From NCBI GenBank assembly GCA_000004985.1, contig GG738865.1: a stretch of DNA of 64,000 nt; one strand, written 5' to 3'. The stretch is from Naegleria gruberi (Eukaryota). The notes under the pieces are model-generated. The model was not told where the DNA came from. It saw only the letters and a list, made by a program, of their open reading frames with translations, and did not search any database. Position 1 is the stretch's first letter. Every line of letters starts with the position of its first letter. The translations under genes and the position numbers were made by a program. Shown piece by piece: positions 25,066 to 35,812 of the stretch.

Positions 25066-27198
25066 TTAATGTAAATCTAAACTTTTAGCCATTGAAATTA
25101 TTTGATCCAAATCATTTTCGAAATCCTTCACAAGTTCTTGAGGATTGGCAGTTAAGGTATCAGCACAAACACCAAGAACAAGCTTTCCATTATGGCTCGA
25201 CACAGCAAAAGATAATCCAACAGAAGCAGGGGAAGGTGCAAACACAACTAAATTGGATACCTTGACATTCTCCACTGTTAATTGAGTTGAGGATCCAACA
25301 ATATTTGTGAAAACTGCAGAAACCCAATTGGAAACAAACTTGTAAATTGTAGAAACTGTGCTCTTTTGTAAAATATTAACTAGTCTACAAGATTGATATG
25401 TAAAAAATGGTTCTGGAAGTCTCTTGCTCTTATCCATAACCTTCTTGATTTGTAGGAGTCTAGACTCGGGATTTCTAGAGAGATTCTTCAAATTAAGCGG
25501 CACAAGCATAAATCCAAACTTGTTGGATAAGTTGTTAAACTCTTCTTCCTCAAGTCTAATATTTACAGGAACAGATAAGGTAACCTTCATATTGCTTTCA
25601 TTATTGGATCTTCTCTCAGTAAATCTCAATAAGGCTCCAGAAAGGGAATTCAAAACAATATCATTCACTGTAGAGTTGTTACAGATCTTCTTAGCCACCA
25701 GTTTGACATCTGCAATATCAAAAGCCCTTGTCCACGAAACTTGCTTTTCTGTTGAAACTTTTGTTTTGAAAAGACTCTTATCACCTCCTCGAATAATCAT
25801 AGAAATCCACTTGAGTGCAACCATAAGTAAGCCCCATAACAGCCACATAAATGCTATCATTCTAATGATATAGCCAATAACAGGAACGTGTTCCAATGAA
25901 CGAATAGTCTTGGATATGAGTTTCCCCTTTCTTTCATGAAGTTCTTCCTTGAAATGCTCTTCTCCCTGGTCACAGAATTGAGAAAAGAACATTACTAAAG
26001 ATGATCCATCTCCAATAGCATGATGAATTCTAAATAATAACAGATATCCCATGGCAGGACAATTATCAATCACAATACACTCCCACAATGGCTTGGAAAA
26101 ATCAAAGGGTTCACAAACCAATTTACCTAGCAGCTCTCTAACAAGCTCGTGTTCTTCTGTTTCAGAATATTCGCGATTGCCACTCTTTAGTACTCTCATG
26201 TATCTAATATGTTGTTCAATGTCAATAGATCCTTGATCACAAAAAGTATTGTAATCATTGCTAACAGTAGACCTGAATCTTGCATATTGTTGCACAACCC
26301 TCTTATCCAATCGACTTCTCAAATCTTCATGTGAAATAGGACTCTCCAATGTTACAAAGGCACAACAAATGTTGGAATTTGTTGGTTCTTGGGTGATTAA
26401 TGTCATTTTGGTTACATGTGACAAATCTTTGAAAGACGTCTTTCTAATTTCAGTGTTAATACTCAGCTTTTCCAAAACCCTTTTTGCTACTGCATTTCTT
26501 TCTTCAATATATTTGGTTTCCTCCTTTCTTTGTTTGATTGGTTCCTTGAATTCTACTTGGGATGGTGATTCTTGATGATGATTAACAAGGGTGGCAGTTA
26601 CTACAGCTGTACTAACAGAATCCATCTCAATTGAAGAAGAAATTAATAGATTTTCTTTTTCAGGATTTGTTTCCTCTGCAAGAGTTGCCTCTTCTGTGCT
26701 ATTATTGGTTATTTCTTGTGTGGTAGTAATTACTAATTCTTCTTTGATCACATTTTCTTCAATTGGTTTTTCATTCAAGTTTGAGCTTTCTTCCTTGTTG
26801 GGGTTTTGTTCAAAATTGGATTGTTCTGAAATAGGTTCTTGAGTAATTGTGGTCTGATTATCGATCATAGAATGCTCTTCATCATTAGTTATTTTACTTT
26901 CCTCTCCTCCATTGATCACAATTTCAATCGATTGAGCAGATTCGACAATGGTTTCTTCATTTCTTGATTGACTTGGTTCTTCTTCCTTCTTGTGATTATT
27001 TCCATTCATTGCAATAGTAGTAGAAGAATTTTCTGCAACATCCTCGTGATGGTGATGATGATGAGTGGCACTATCAATTTCTTGCATTAAATTCATTCCA
27101 GAAGGCGACAAGAATTCATCCAAACTCAAAGTCTGACTCTTTCTCTTACTTGCTGAGGAAGGAGTTGTTTGATTCTTCTTTTTCTTTTGTTTGGTCAT
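25066..27198 (-). CDS. wax-ester synthase / acyl-CoA:diacylglycerol acyltransferase (WS/DGAT, WSD1-like) with a long low-complexity N-terminal extension
   Basis: 710 aa. The C-terminal ~380 aa carries the WS/DGAT catalytic motif HHxxxDG (FRIHHAIGDGSSLVMFF) and a condensation-domain-like fold with an internal TM-like helix. The N-terminal ~330 aa is Ser/Thr/Glu/Asn-rich and contains a His6 run. ATG at 27198. Confidence 0.75.
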   Translation of the reverse strand: MTKQKKKKNQTTPSSASKRKSQTLSLDEFLSPSGMNLMQEIDSATHHHHHHEDVAENSSTTIAMNGNNHKKEEEPSQSRNEETIVESAQSIEIVINGGEESKITNDEEHSMIDNQTTITQEPISEQSNFEQNPNKEESSNLNEKPIEENVIKEELVITTTQEITNNSTEEATLAEETNPEKENLLISSSIEMDSVSTAVVTATLVNHHQESPSQVEFKEPIKQRKEETKYIEERNAVAKRVLEKLSINTEIRKTSFKDLSHVTKMTLITQEPTNSNICCAFVTLESPISHEDLRSRLDKRVVQQYARFRSTVSNDYNTFCDQGSIDIEQHIRYMRVLKSGNREYSETEEHELVRELLGKLVCEPFDFSKPLWECIVIDNCPAMGYLLLFRIHHAIGDGSSLVMFFSQFCDQGEEHFKEELHERKGKLISKTIRSLEHVPVIGYIIRMIAFMWLLWGLLMVALKWISMIIRGGDKSLFKTKVSTEKQVSWTRAFDIADVKLVAKKICNNSTVNDIVLNSLSGALLRFTERRSNNESNMKVTLSVPVNIRLEEEEFNNLSNKFGFMLVPLNLKNLSRNPESRLLQIKKVMDKSKRLPEPFFTYQSCRLVNILQKSTVSTIYKFVSNWVSAVFTNIVGSSTQLTVENVKVSNLVVFAPSPASVGLSFAVSSHNGKLVLGVCADTLTANPQELVKDFENDLDQIISMAKSLDLH

Positions 27199-27692
27199 TT
27201 TCTAGGTGTTTTAAGAATTTTCCTTGTTGTGTGTTTAGATTGTTGCTCTTGTTTTTACGACACTTCCGATTAGAAACGATCGAAAATTTGCCTTCTTAAA
27301 CTCTTACTTTGTGGTAAGCTTGAATTGGGACTTTTTTTTCTGTTCTAAAATCCGAGTTGATGGTTGAAATTTTCCCTACCAAAGTTTGCTCTTTCCAGTT
27401 ATTAGTTGGTTATTAATCTATTGATATCAATCGATTATTTTCTACGATATATCCACATTTATAATACCACTAGTAGTACAGAATATGGAGAATTTCCTGT
27501 GTATTTAATATTTGGAGACTAATATACTGCTGATTAAATTACTTTAAATTCCCAATAAATATTATTTCAAATGGTGTTGTATTTTGCCAACATTTCACTT
27601 CATGACTACGAATTCATTGAACATGCTGTGCAATCAATCAAATAATATTTTCTAAATCATGAATATTTTTAATTTTTTAAATTATTAAAAAA
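27199..27692. promoter_or_regulatory. divergent intergenic region between the WS/DGAT gene (minus) and the U1-70K gene (plus); presumed bidirectional promoter
   Basis: About 490 bp and AT-rich. The run aaaaaaATG sits at 27693. Confidence 0.3.
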
Positions 27693-28601
27693 ATGTCGAG
27701 CAAAAAGTACAAGAACGTGCCGAGCATATTACCACCACAGATTCAGGCCTTGTTTACACCAGGCCCTCCAGTCTCTTTTCTTCCTCCACTCGATGCTAAA
27801 AGAAGAAAGAAAACAAAACATAGAGATCTGAACGGAATTTCAGAATTTGTAGATAAATTTGAACAGGAACAAGTTGAATATGATGCCGAAGGTCAAGCTA
27901 TTCGGACGAAAAAGTATTCAATGCCTGAATCGAGAAGAAAAAGAAAGGAAAGTAGACAAAAAGATAAAGCAATTAAAGTGGAAAATGTTGTAAGAAAAGG
28001 ATTACAAGACTGGGATCCAAATAATGATACAAAGGCAACAACAGAACCATTCAATACATTATTTATTTCAAAGATGAATTATGAAACAACGGAGGATACT
28101 CTTAGGAATGCATTTGGTAAATTTGGACCGATCAAGACTGTTCGTGTTGTACGAGATGCATCAACAAACAAATCGAGAGGCTATGCCTTTGTAGAATTTG
28201 AAAAACATGAAGACATGAAAGAAGCATACAAACTAGGTGATGGTATGGAAATTGATCAGTGGCGTGTACTTGTAGATGTTGAAAGAGGTCGTACTGTAAA
28301 GGATTGGAAACCAAGAAGATTAGGAGGAGGACTGGGTAATTCTCGTGATCCTCCACCTCCAATTGTTGAAGAGAAGGTTGAAGAATTTAGACCTCCACAA
28401 AGTGGAGGAGGAGGTGGTGGTTTCCGTAAATCCTTCGGTGGAGGAGACAGAAGAGGAGGTGGAAGATTTGGTGGAGGTGGTGATAGAAGAGGAGGAGACA
28501 GAAGAGGTGGTGATCGAGGTGATAGAGACCGAGGAGGTTACAGAGATAGTTATGATGACAGAAGATCTTACAAGAGAGGACGTGATTACGATGATAGGTA
28601 A
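27693..28601 (+). CDS. SNRNP70: U1 small nuclear ribonucleoprotein 70 kDa (U1-70K)
   Basis: 302 aa. A Pro-rich N-terminal U1-70K motif (LPPQIQALFTPGPPVSFLPP) is followed by an RRM (LFISKMNYETTEDTLRNAFGKFGPIKTVRVVRD...RGYAFVEFEKHEDM) and an RG/RD/GGG-rich tail. The overlapping + ORF 28345..28605 is the other frame of the GA-rich tail and is spurious. Confidence 0.9.
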   Translation: MSSKKYKNVPSILPPQIQALFTPGPPVSFLPPLDAKRRKKTKHRDLNGISEFVDKFEQEQVEYDAEGQAIRTKKYSMPESRRKRKESRQKDKAIKVENVVRKGLQDWDPNNDTKATTEPFNTLFISKMNYETTEDTLRNAFGKFGPIKTVRVVRDASTNKSRGYAFVEFEKHEDMKEAYKLGDGMEIDQWRVLVDVERGRTVKDWKPRRLGGGLGNSRDPPPPIVEEKVEEFRPPQSGGGGGGFRKSFGGGDRRGGGRFGGGGDRRGGDRRGGDRGDRDRGGYRDSYDDRRSYKRGRDYDDR

Positions 28602-28772
28602 TTAAAAAACATTTTATTAAGGTAGGTATTTATCTTGTTGTTATTGTTTTGAAATTGACAAAGGTACGTAAATGTATTGGAAAAGAAAATAAACTATTTT
28701 TCAAAAATTTAAATTTCTCTTTTTTAATAAATATATTTGTTTTGTAAAATTGATTCGAATTGTTTGTGTTAT

Positions 28773-30878
28773 TTACTCTAAGACTGCCAAAACAGCTTCA
28801 CCTTGAACGAGGTCACCAATAGCATATGGTAAACTCTTGATAACACCATCCTTAGTGGCCAAAATCTTGTGTTCCATCTTCATGGCTTCCATTGCAAGGA
28901 TAGTATCACCCTTTGAAACCTTATCTCCTTCCTTAACCATGACAGCTGTAATTTTACCTGGCATTGGACTCTTCAATGATCCCATAGCTGGACCACCCTT
29001 TTGTTCGAAAGCAGCCAAAACTGGAACAATTTCATATCTTTGACCATCTCTTGTGAAGAGGTAAATTGTCTTTTGGTCGTGACTAAAAGCAAGGGTTGAG
29101 TGGAATTTTCTGCCATCAACAGAAGCAACAATTTCCTTAGTAGTAGCATCATAAGAACCACTAACAACATGGCTATTCTTACCAATCTTCATGACAAATT
29201 TGCTAGTTGTTTGTGGATCCCACACATGTTCAACATTGACAGAAACAATTTGATCTTTGTGGTGTGGATGGTGGAATTCAAAGTTTTCATCGTGATTGTG
29301 ATTGAATCTGAGACCTTTGAGTTGATCGAATGGATCGCTTGAACGCTTAGTTTGTCTATCATTCTTGACAATCAATGAGAGAGTGGACAACAAGAAGACA
29401 GAATCATCAATCTTCTTTTCAGGGAAGAGTTCACTATAATACTTTTGAATAAAGTGAGTTTCCAATTCAGTGACATTCTTAAATCTTTCATTGGTGGCCA
29501 ATCTGATAAGGAATTCAATATTTGTATTCAAACCAGAAATGTGATATCTGTGGAGACAAGAAACCAATTTACGGAGAGCCAATTCTCTGTTTTCGCCCCA
29601 AACAACAAGTTTAGCAATCATTGGATCATAGTAAATGGAAACTTCATCACCTTGTCTGACACCAGTTTCAACTCTGACTTCTCCTGGAATTTCTTCTGGA
29701 GGACTCAAATAACGCAATGTACCAGTACCTGGCAAGAAGTTATTTTCTGGATTTTCAGCATAGATACGAGCTTCGAAAGCATGACCAGTTCTCTTCAATT
29801 CGTTTTGGAGAAGTGGTAATCTATTTCCAGAAGCAACTTGAAGTTGCCATTCAACCAAATCTTGACCAGTAATCATTTCAGTAACTGGATGTTCAACTTG
29901 AAGTCTAGTATTCATTTCCATAAAGTAATAACTATTATCAGCATTGTCCATAATAAATTCGACAGTACCAGCACCAACATATCCAACAGCTCTGGCAGCA
30001 TCTACAGCACTTTCACCCATAGCTCTTCTGACTTCATCTGCCAAACCTGGTGCAGGAGCTTCTTCAATAATCTTTTGATGTCTTCTTTGAACTGAACAAT
30101 CTCTTTCAAACAAGTAAACACAATTTCCGTGAGTATCAGCAAAAACTTGAATTTCAATGTGACGTGGTGTTTGAATATATTTTTCAATTAAAACTCTGTC
30201 ATCACCAAATGAAGCTTTAGCTTCACGTTTAGCAGAAGAGAGAGCTTCTTTGAATTCCTTTTCACTGTGGGCAAGCTTCATACCTTTACCACCACCTCCC
30301 AAGACAGCTTTAATCAAAATTGGGAAACCAATTTTCTTTGCTTCTTCCAATAATTTGTCTTCACCTTGTTCATCTCCGTGATAACCTGGCACAACAGGTA
30401 CTTTGGCATGTTCCATAATCTTTTTACTTTCACTCTTTGATCCCATTGAAATAATAGCTCCTTCTGGTGGTCCAATAAAAACAACACCATTCTTGGCACA
30501 GAGACTGGCAAATTTAGCATTTTCTGACAAGAAACCATAACCAGGGTGAATAGCTTGAGCTCCACATTGTTTGGCAATTTCAAGAATTTTATCACCACAC
30601 AAGTATGATTTGCTTGATTCTGGTGGACCTAACAAGTAGGCTTCATCAGCCATAGCTACGTGCATAGAATTGGCATCGGCTTCACTATAAACAGCAACAG
30701 TTTTAATACCAAGCTTTCTTGCTGTTTTCATAACTCTACAGGCAATTTCACCTCTGTTGGCAATCAAGATTTTATCAAAGAGTGGTTTCTTGTTTTGTTC
30801 ATTGCAAAGTCTGCTGCTGATGATGATTGTGATGTGAGTTGTTGATTCATAATTGTATGAAAATATTTCTTTCCGCAT
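28773..30878 (-). CDS. MCCC1: 3-methylcrotonyl-CoA carboxylase alpha subunit (biotin carboxylase + biotin-carboxyl-carrier domain), mitochondrial
   Basis: 701 aa. ATP-grasp biotin carboxylase core (FDKILIANRGEIACR, GGGGKGM) and a C-terminal biotinyl domain with the EAMKME motif. Sequence upstream at 30764..31036 (frame-shifted) encodes a presequence-like peptide MLLRNSLKQSKSIRKNVGAALST... and may be a 5' exon. Confidence 0.9.
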   Translation of the reverse strand: MRKEIFSYNYESTTHITIIISSRLCNEQNKKPLFDKILIANRGEIACRVMKTARKLGIKTVAVYSEADANSMHVAMADEAYLLGPPESSKSYLCGDKILEIAKQCGAQAIHPGYGFLSENAKFASLCAKNGVVFIGPPEGAIISMGSKSESKKIMEHAKVPVVPGYHGDEQGEDKLLEEAKKIGFPILIKAVLGGGGKGMKLAHSEKEFKEALSSAKREAKASFGDDRVLIEKYIQTPRHIEIQVFADTHGNCVYLFERDCSVQRRHQKIIEEAPAPGLADEVRRAMGESAVDAARAVGYVGAGTVEFIMDNADNSYYFMEMNTRLQVEHPVTEMITGQDLVEWQLQVASGNRLPLLQNELKRTGHAFEARIYAENPENNFLPGTGTLRYLSPPEEIPGEVRVETGVRQGDEVSIYYDPMIAKLVVWGENRELALRKLVSCLHRYHISGLNTNIEFLIRLATNERFKNVTELETHFIQKYYSELFPEKKIDDSVFLLSTLSLIVKNDRQTKRSSDPFDQLKGLRFNHNHDENFEFHHPHHKDQIVSVNVEHVWDPQTTSKFVMKIGKNSHVVSGSYDATTKEIVASVDGRKFHSTLAFSHDQKTIYLFTRDGQRYEIVPVLAAFEQKGGPAMGSLKSPMPGKITAVMVKEGDKVSKGDTILAMEAMKMEHKILATKDGVIKSLPYAIGDLVQGEAVLAVLE

Positions 30879-31438
30879 AATGATGATGATGAAACGATCA
30901 TATTTTGTCTCTTATTAGAGAATGAAGATGACTTATTGGCGGCAATAGAATTGGCTGCAACTACACTGGTTGATAAAGCAGCACCAACATTTTTACGGAT
31001 CGATTTTGATTGCTTCAAGCTGTTACGAAGGAGCATTTTTTTTGTAAGTTTTGGCTCAGATTTTCATCACAAACAATAAACAATGCAAAATGGTAATGAC
31101 AAACATTAATTGTTTGTTGATGAAGATAATATTCATGAAATGGAAAGAAGTAATGATACGGACTGTGGAATGTAAACTGCAACGATGATGAGCATGTTGT
31201 TCTTTTGCGATTATCGAGTAGTAACAGGAGTGGGACGGTATTCCTTACTTTTGAAAGTCCATTGTGCGGACAGTGGACATAGAAACAGTTTTGCTGTAAT
31301 TGAATTTTGTTTTGAGTGAAAGTTCCATTGAAAAACTAGTTGGCCAAAACTCCAATTGATGAAAATAGCTTACATTCAGCTGGTGTTCGACTCATCACTC
31401 GAATTAAAACATTTGGCGCCAAAACAAATTCAAAAAAA
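30879..31438. promoter_or_regulatory. divergent intergenic region between MCC-alpha (minus) and the OB-fold gene (plus); may also contain the MCC-alpha presequence exon
   Basis: See the MCC-alpha evidence. The motif aaaaaaaATG precedes the start at 31439. Confidence 0.3.
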
Positions 31439-33729
31439 ATGGATGAAATAAATAACTCTCCCGTTATTGCAAATGAAGACGTGTTGGAAAAGTTAGAAAC
31501 ACAAGATACTGATGATGATCATAGCGAACAGCAGGTACAATTATCTACCTTGATACGATCTGGTGTTAATAATTTGGATAGAAATATAAAGATTACATGT
31601 TATGTTCTTCGGATCAAAAGATGTGAGTTTAGGAAATTATCAAATTGATGCTAACAAGAATAATAGTTCATATTGATTCACATTTTCTTAATGTTTCCGA
31701 TGTTTTGATTACACCAACTGTCAATAGTCAGGGTTTTGTGAGTGACAATCATATTTCTGCTGCTCAATTGGTGCAACCAAAAGATGGATATGAAATAACA
31801 ATTACCGATCGTGAAACTGTTATAGTTGTCATTCTATCACCTTTATTGAATGAATTAATAACTCAATCAAAAATTAGAGAAAACACTAAAATAATGATAA
31901 CTAAATATAAAGTGCTAATCGATGAGAAGGTGAAAGGAAAGCAGAAGGGAGTTGTTTTCATTCAATCTTTGGAAATTATTTCACAAAACAAAAAACCACG
32001 AGTTTCAATTGAAGATTTTTCACAAGTTCTCGATGAAGCAAGAGGAAATATTTGCCCACTACTGTCAGGAAGAGGATTTTACATGCCACTAGAGGATGAG
32101 GATAATTTTGATTTTGAGGTATACAGTGGTACTGTACCAGAGGTAGTAAGTAGAATAATTGAATACTTTATTTTAACACATGAAAGACTCTGGTAGAGCC
32201 ATTCGAGAATGTGTCACAATTGGCAGATATTATTGGAAGTGGCGTAAAGAAACCATTCATTGCTAGAATTTGGAAAAAGTCAAAGATAAGATACTTTGGA
32301 AAAACAAATGAGGAGAAACAATATCCAATGTTCTACGTATTATTAATTACAGACAAATCGACACCAAAAGGTGTACCAGTCACCATTTGGAATGAATTAG
32401 CATTGAAAACTTATGGAGATTTAAGTGTTGGCGATATTATTTCAGCAGAGGAATATAGAGTGAAAAATTTCCACGATTCTGGAGTTTTCTCAACCAAATT
32501 CAAAACTGAAATTTCTATCAACCCAACAAAATCACGAGTAATTCCAATTCAAAAGTTGGACGATAGAATTGCTAGCTTTGCTCCAATAGAATTTCCACTC
32601 ACAAATATTAACACTATTATTCAATCTAAACTCGATGGAACAGTACTGAATATCATGGGCATTGTAGCAAATATTGGCCCTTACAGAAGAGAAAAGAGCC
32701 AACATCAATTCTCTCAGTATAGATATGTCACATTAATGGATCCTTCTAGCATTTCTGCGATGTCTGTAAAATTATATACTAATTCAAGAAAGCACATTTT
32801 GGATACTGTTCAAATTGGTCAAGTTGTGCTTTTGACTGATGTTTCTGCACATACATTCCTAACCTGTATGGACAAGGCTCAAACTACAACTAGTAATTTA
32901 GAAAGCTCATTCATTACTCATGTATTTACAGAATCGCAATTATCTACTCTAAATTTTGCCTCTAATATCAAGGAAATTACTGGATACTTTGAGGATTTGA
33001 ATGAATGGAGAGAAAATAATAAGGACTTTTTCAATACTTGCCTTTCTGTGCCAACAACATTTGGACCTTCGAGGCAATATCCTATTCCAGACTTTCAAGA
33101 TTTTGAATCATTCAAAGCAAGATATGTCAACATTCCTTGGATTTATTACAAGGAATTATTTGAGATTCCTACTACTCTTCAACGTTTTCAAAGTACTAAT
33201 GTAATTGTCAAGGCAGTGGTGAAGGACATAACCATTGAAAATAACCTTAAAAGAAAGAGATCTCAAGAGGATGAGAGTAAGATGAAAAAGTCCAGCGATG
33301 CCAGCTCGACCAGAAGTGAAGAAAATTCCTATGAAGACGAAATTGACACTGCCTATACAATTTTAAGCCTAGAAACAGAGGTAAGTTTCAATTCAATACA
33401 ATACAAATTGGAATATGATATTAATTTAACAACCTGCAAAGGGAGTAAATGGAGATAGAAGACTGGAAATGTTAGTACCAATTTGGAATAATGAATTTTC
33501 GCATCCTGACTGTTATAATCCAACTTTTTTGGATGTAATAGATGAGCATTGCGAACAACTTTTCAAATTAAAAAGTCAAACCCATTACTTTAAGAATATG
33601 AATAGATTAATAGAGTATTATAAAAAAGAGATTGTGGACCAGACATACATTTTTGGAGTGGAAGTTCTTTGCAAAGAATATTCTGAATGCAAATATTATG
33701 TTACTCACATGTTTAAGGATGAGCCATAG
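31439..33729 (+). CDS. multi-exon gene encoding a ~714-aa protein with OB-fold-like segments (possible ssDNA-binding, RPA/POT1/RMI1-like); function unknown
   Basis: Exons are 31439..31622, 31667..32145 (or ..32142), 32187..33380 and 33442..33729. Introns are 31623..31666 (44 nt, GTGAGT...CTAAC...TAATAG), 32146..32186 (41 nt, GTAAGT...GAAAG) and 33381..33441 (61 nt, GTAAGT...CAAAG). These join four track ORFs in three frames. OB-like blocks include KPFIARIWKKSKIRYFGK...YPMFYVLLITDKSTPKGVPVTIWNELA. The C-terminal exon is Cys/His-containing. Confidence 0.55.
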
Positions 33730-33770
33730 TTTTATTAGCAAGACTGAGATTACTGGATTAAGAAAACAGT

Positions 33771-34799
33771 TCAGTTTTTATTGCTCATAATGGCCTCCCT
33801 GATTTTTTGCACCTTGGTACTGAACTTGATGGCTTTTGGTTCCTCTTTTGTATTATCTGAATCAAGAGGAAAGCGAATAAAGCTTGAACCGTAAACGAAT
33901 GTATCATCTGCGACTTCCTTCTTGCTGTCTGTATTAACTTGTCTTAGTTTTTTCAAATATTTCAATTCTAGACAAGAGTGAAGCATGATAGTATCTATCT
34001 GCATTTCACTATCTTCCAAAAAATTGGAAGAACTCACAACAGTTGGGGCAGTGAATTGATTTTCTCCAACCTTGAACAGAGAAGGTAATGTCTTTTCAAA
34101 AGTATCTGTTTGAACATCTTCCGGCTCAATAGAGAATTCTGGTTGAATTGTTTGATTTACCATCACTGGCTCATTCCAATAAAATTTAGTTCTAGTCTTC
34201 TTTGTTTTCTTGTTATGATAAATATCATTGTACTTGTTAACTAGAGCACTAATTTCCTTTTCAACATTTTCCAAATCCAAGAATCCATTTTGCTTTTCCT
34301 CATCACCTTCCACTCCTGAATAGAGTGAAGACCATTTCATTTGTTGATTCTTCCTCTCATAATATTCAACCTTCTTTAACTTTTCAATCAAAGTCTCCTT
34401 CCTTCGAATTCTTTCATTCTCCTCTCTTTCCGCTAGTACTCTCTTTTTATATTCTGTTTTAAATAACTTGATAGCTTGTTTTCTATAATTATTATTATCA
34501 TCATTTCCATCATGATGAATATTTGCAATAATTTCAAAGGCTGGACAATTTTCTTGTTTTTTCCTCTCGTAAATGATTTTTTCTCTATAAAGATTCTCCA
34601 ATCTCTTGGCCAATATTTCAATCCGTTCCATACTTGATGTATTATTCCCTCCATCATTAATTTTCTTCTCCAACTCTAAAGGCTCTCCGATAGTTTTAAT
34701 AATCTTTCCACAATGTTTCCTGATTCTCCTTTGAAATTCGTTAATAAATTGCAATCGTAGATCGATAGCATCATCTTGTACTGTTACATAGTGAGGCAT
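33771..34799 (-). CDS. hypothetical coiled-coil protein
   Basis: ATG at 34799; the track start at 34811 is TTG. About 342 aa, rich in charged heptad-like repeats (ERKKQEN..., EREENERIRRKETLIEKLKK). No recognisable catalytic motif. Confidence 0.5.
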   Translation of the reverse strand: MPHYVTVQDDAIDLRLQFINEFQRRIRKHCGKIIKTIGEPLELEKKINDGGNNTSSMERIEILAKRLENLYREKIIYERKKQENCPAFEIIANIHHDGNDDNNNYRKQAIKLFKTEYKKRVLAEREENERIRRKETLIEKLKKVEYYERKNQQMKWSSLYSGVEGDEEKQNGFLDLENVEKEISALVNKYNDIYHNKKTKKTRTKFYWNEPVMVNQTIQPEFSIEPEDVQTDTFEKTLPSLFKVGENQFTAPTVVSSSNFLEDSEMQIDTIMLHSCLELKYLKKLRQVNTDSKKEVADDTFVYGSSFIRFPLDSDNTKEEPKAIKFSTKVQKIREAIMSNKN

Positions 34800-35012
34800 G
34801 AAGAATTTCAATCAGCTTATTTTTTTTAAGGATTTTTATTTTATTAAAATTATTAAATTGTTATTTAATATTTCTTCATCATATTGTCATGACAATAAAG
34901 TCCATAATTGGGTTATTTTTCATGTTCTATTTATGGAAGTGATTTTGATAAATAAATTACTATTTAAATATTGATCTGTTATGTTTATATAATTAAGAAA
35001 TTATAAAAAGAA

Positions 35013-35495
35013 ATGAAATTCATTCCGCTTGAAAGAAATCAATTTACCAATCTCTTGCTCAATCAACAGAGAATTCAAGACGTTTCGAATAATTCCAACT
35101 GTCAATGCAGAGCTCGTGATCAACAGCCAACTAATTGTGAATGTTCTCAAATCAATGTTGGAATATTATTGCATCCTTCAAGTCAAACTTCAATTCATGA
35201 CTTTACAATTGAATCGTTTCTCAATCAGTTTAGTTTAAACCTCTTGTCGAAACTACCACATGGACAATCGATTAATATTATTGGAATTGCAATTGTCATG
35301 CCAAAGACTGAACTCAAACAAGAAGGAGAAAATGATTTCATCAGAGAATTTTGGAAATTTTCACCTCCTTATTCAAAACCTAACCATTATTCGAAACGAG
35401 TTTTAATTTCACTTCCTGGTGATGGCAATTCCCTGTGGTTTCATCTTTCTCCCTTCCTTTCCTTCAATTCCACTTCACTTCCTTCAAAACTATAA
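35013..35495 (+). CDS. hypothetical ORF (160 aa); possibly not a real gene
   Basis: ATG-initiated ORF in a gap between convergent/divergent genes. No recognisable domain. Low complexity. Confidence 0.2.
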   Translation: MKFIPLERNQFTNLLLNQQRIQDVSNNSNCQCRARDQQPTNCECSQINVGILLHPSSQTSIHDFTIESFLNQFSLNLLSKLPHGQSINIIGIAIVMPKTELKQEGENDFIREFWKFSPPYSKPNHYSKRVLISLPGDGNSLWFHLSPFLSFNSTSLPSKL

Positions 35496-35767
35496 ATGTT
35501 AATTTTCATCATCTTTTCATATTCCACTTTCTTCTACTTTCCACCAGTTTAAATTGTACAAATAAGTTAACTAGATCATTTATTGAGTTGTAATTAAATA
35601 GGCGCCGTAAATTCCAGTAAATTTTTCAAAATCTAAAAAAAATTAAAAAAAAATAGAAATTTCATTATCCTTGTTCAGCAGCGTCATCTTTGTATGTTCA
35701 AGAGTCGCAATCACAAATAGATTTTTCAAAGTTCAGCCAATAACAAGGAAAAACAAAATACAACACA

Positions 35768-35811
35768 ACAACAATAACAAATACAACAATAACAAATACA
35801 ACAATAACAAC
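35768..35811 (+). repeat. tandem CAA-rich 15-nt repeat (acaacaataacaaat x ~3) in the 5' leader immediately upstream of the GDPD start codon
   Basis: Direct reading: acaacaataacaaat acaacaataacaaat acaacaataacaac ATG. Confidence 0.5.
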
Positions 35812-35812
35812 A

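Noticed and set aside
28345-28605. 86-aa + strand ORF rich in Glu/Val overlapping the 3' end of the U1-70K gene
   Set aside because: It is an alternative frame of the purine-rich sequence encoding the RG/RD tail of U1-70K. It has no independent start context.
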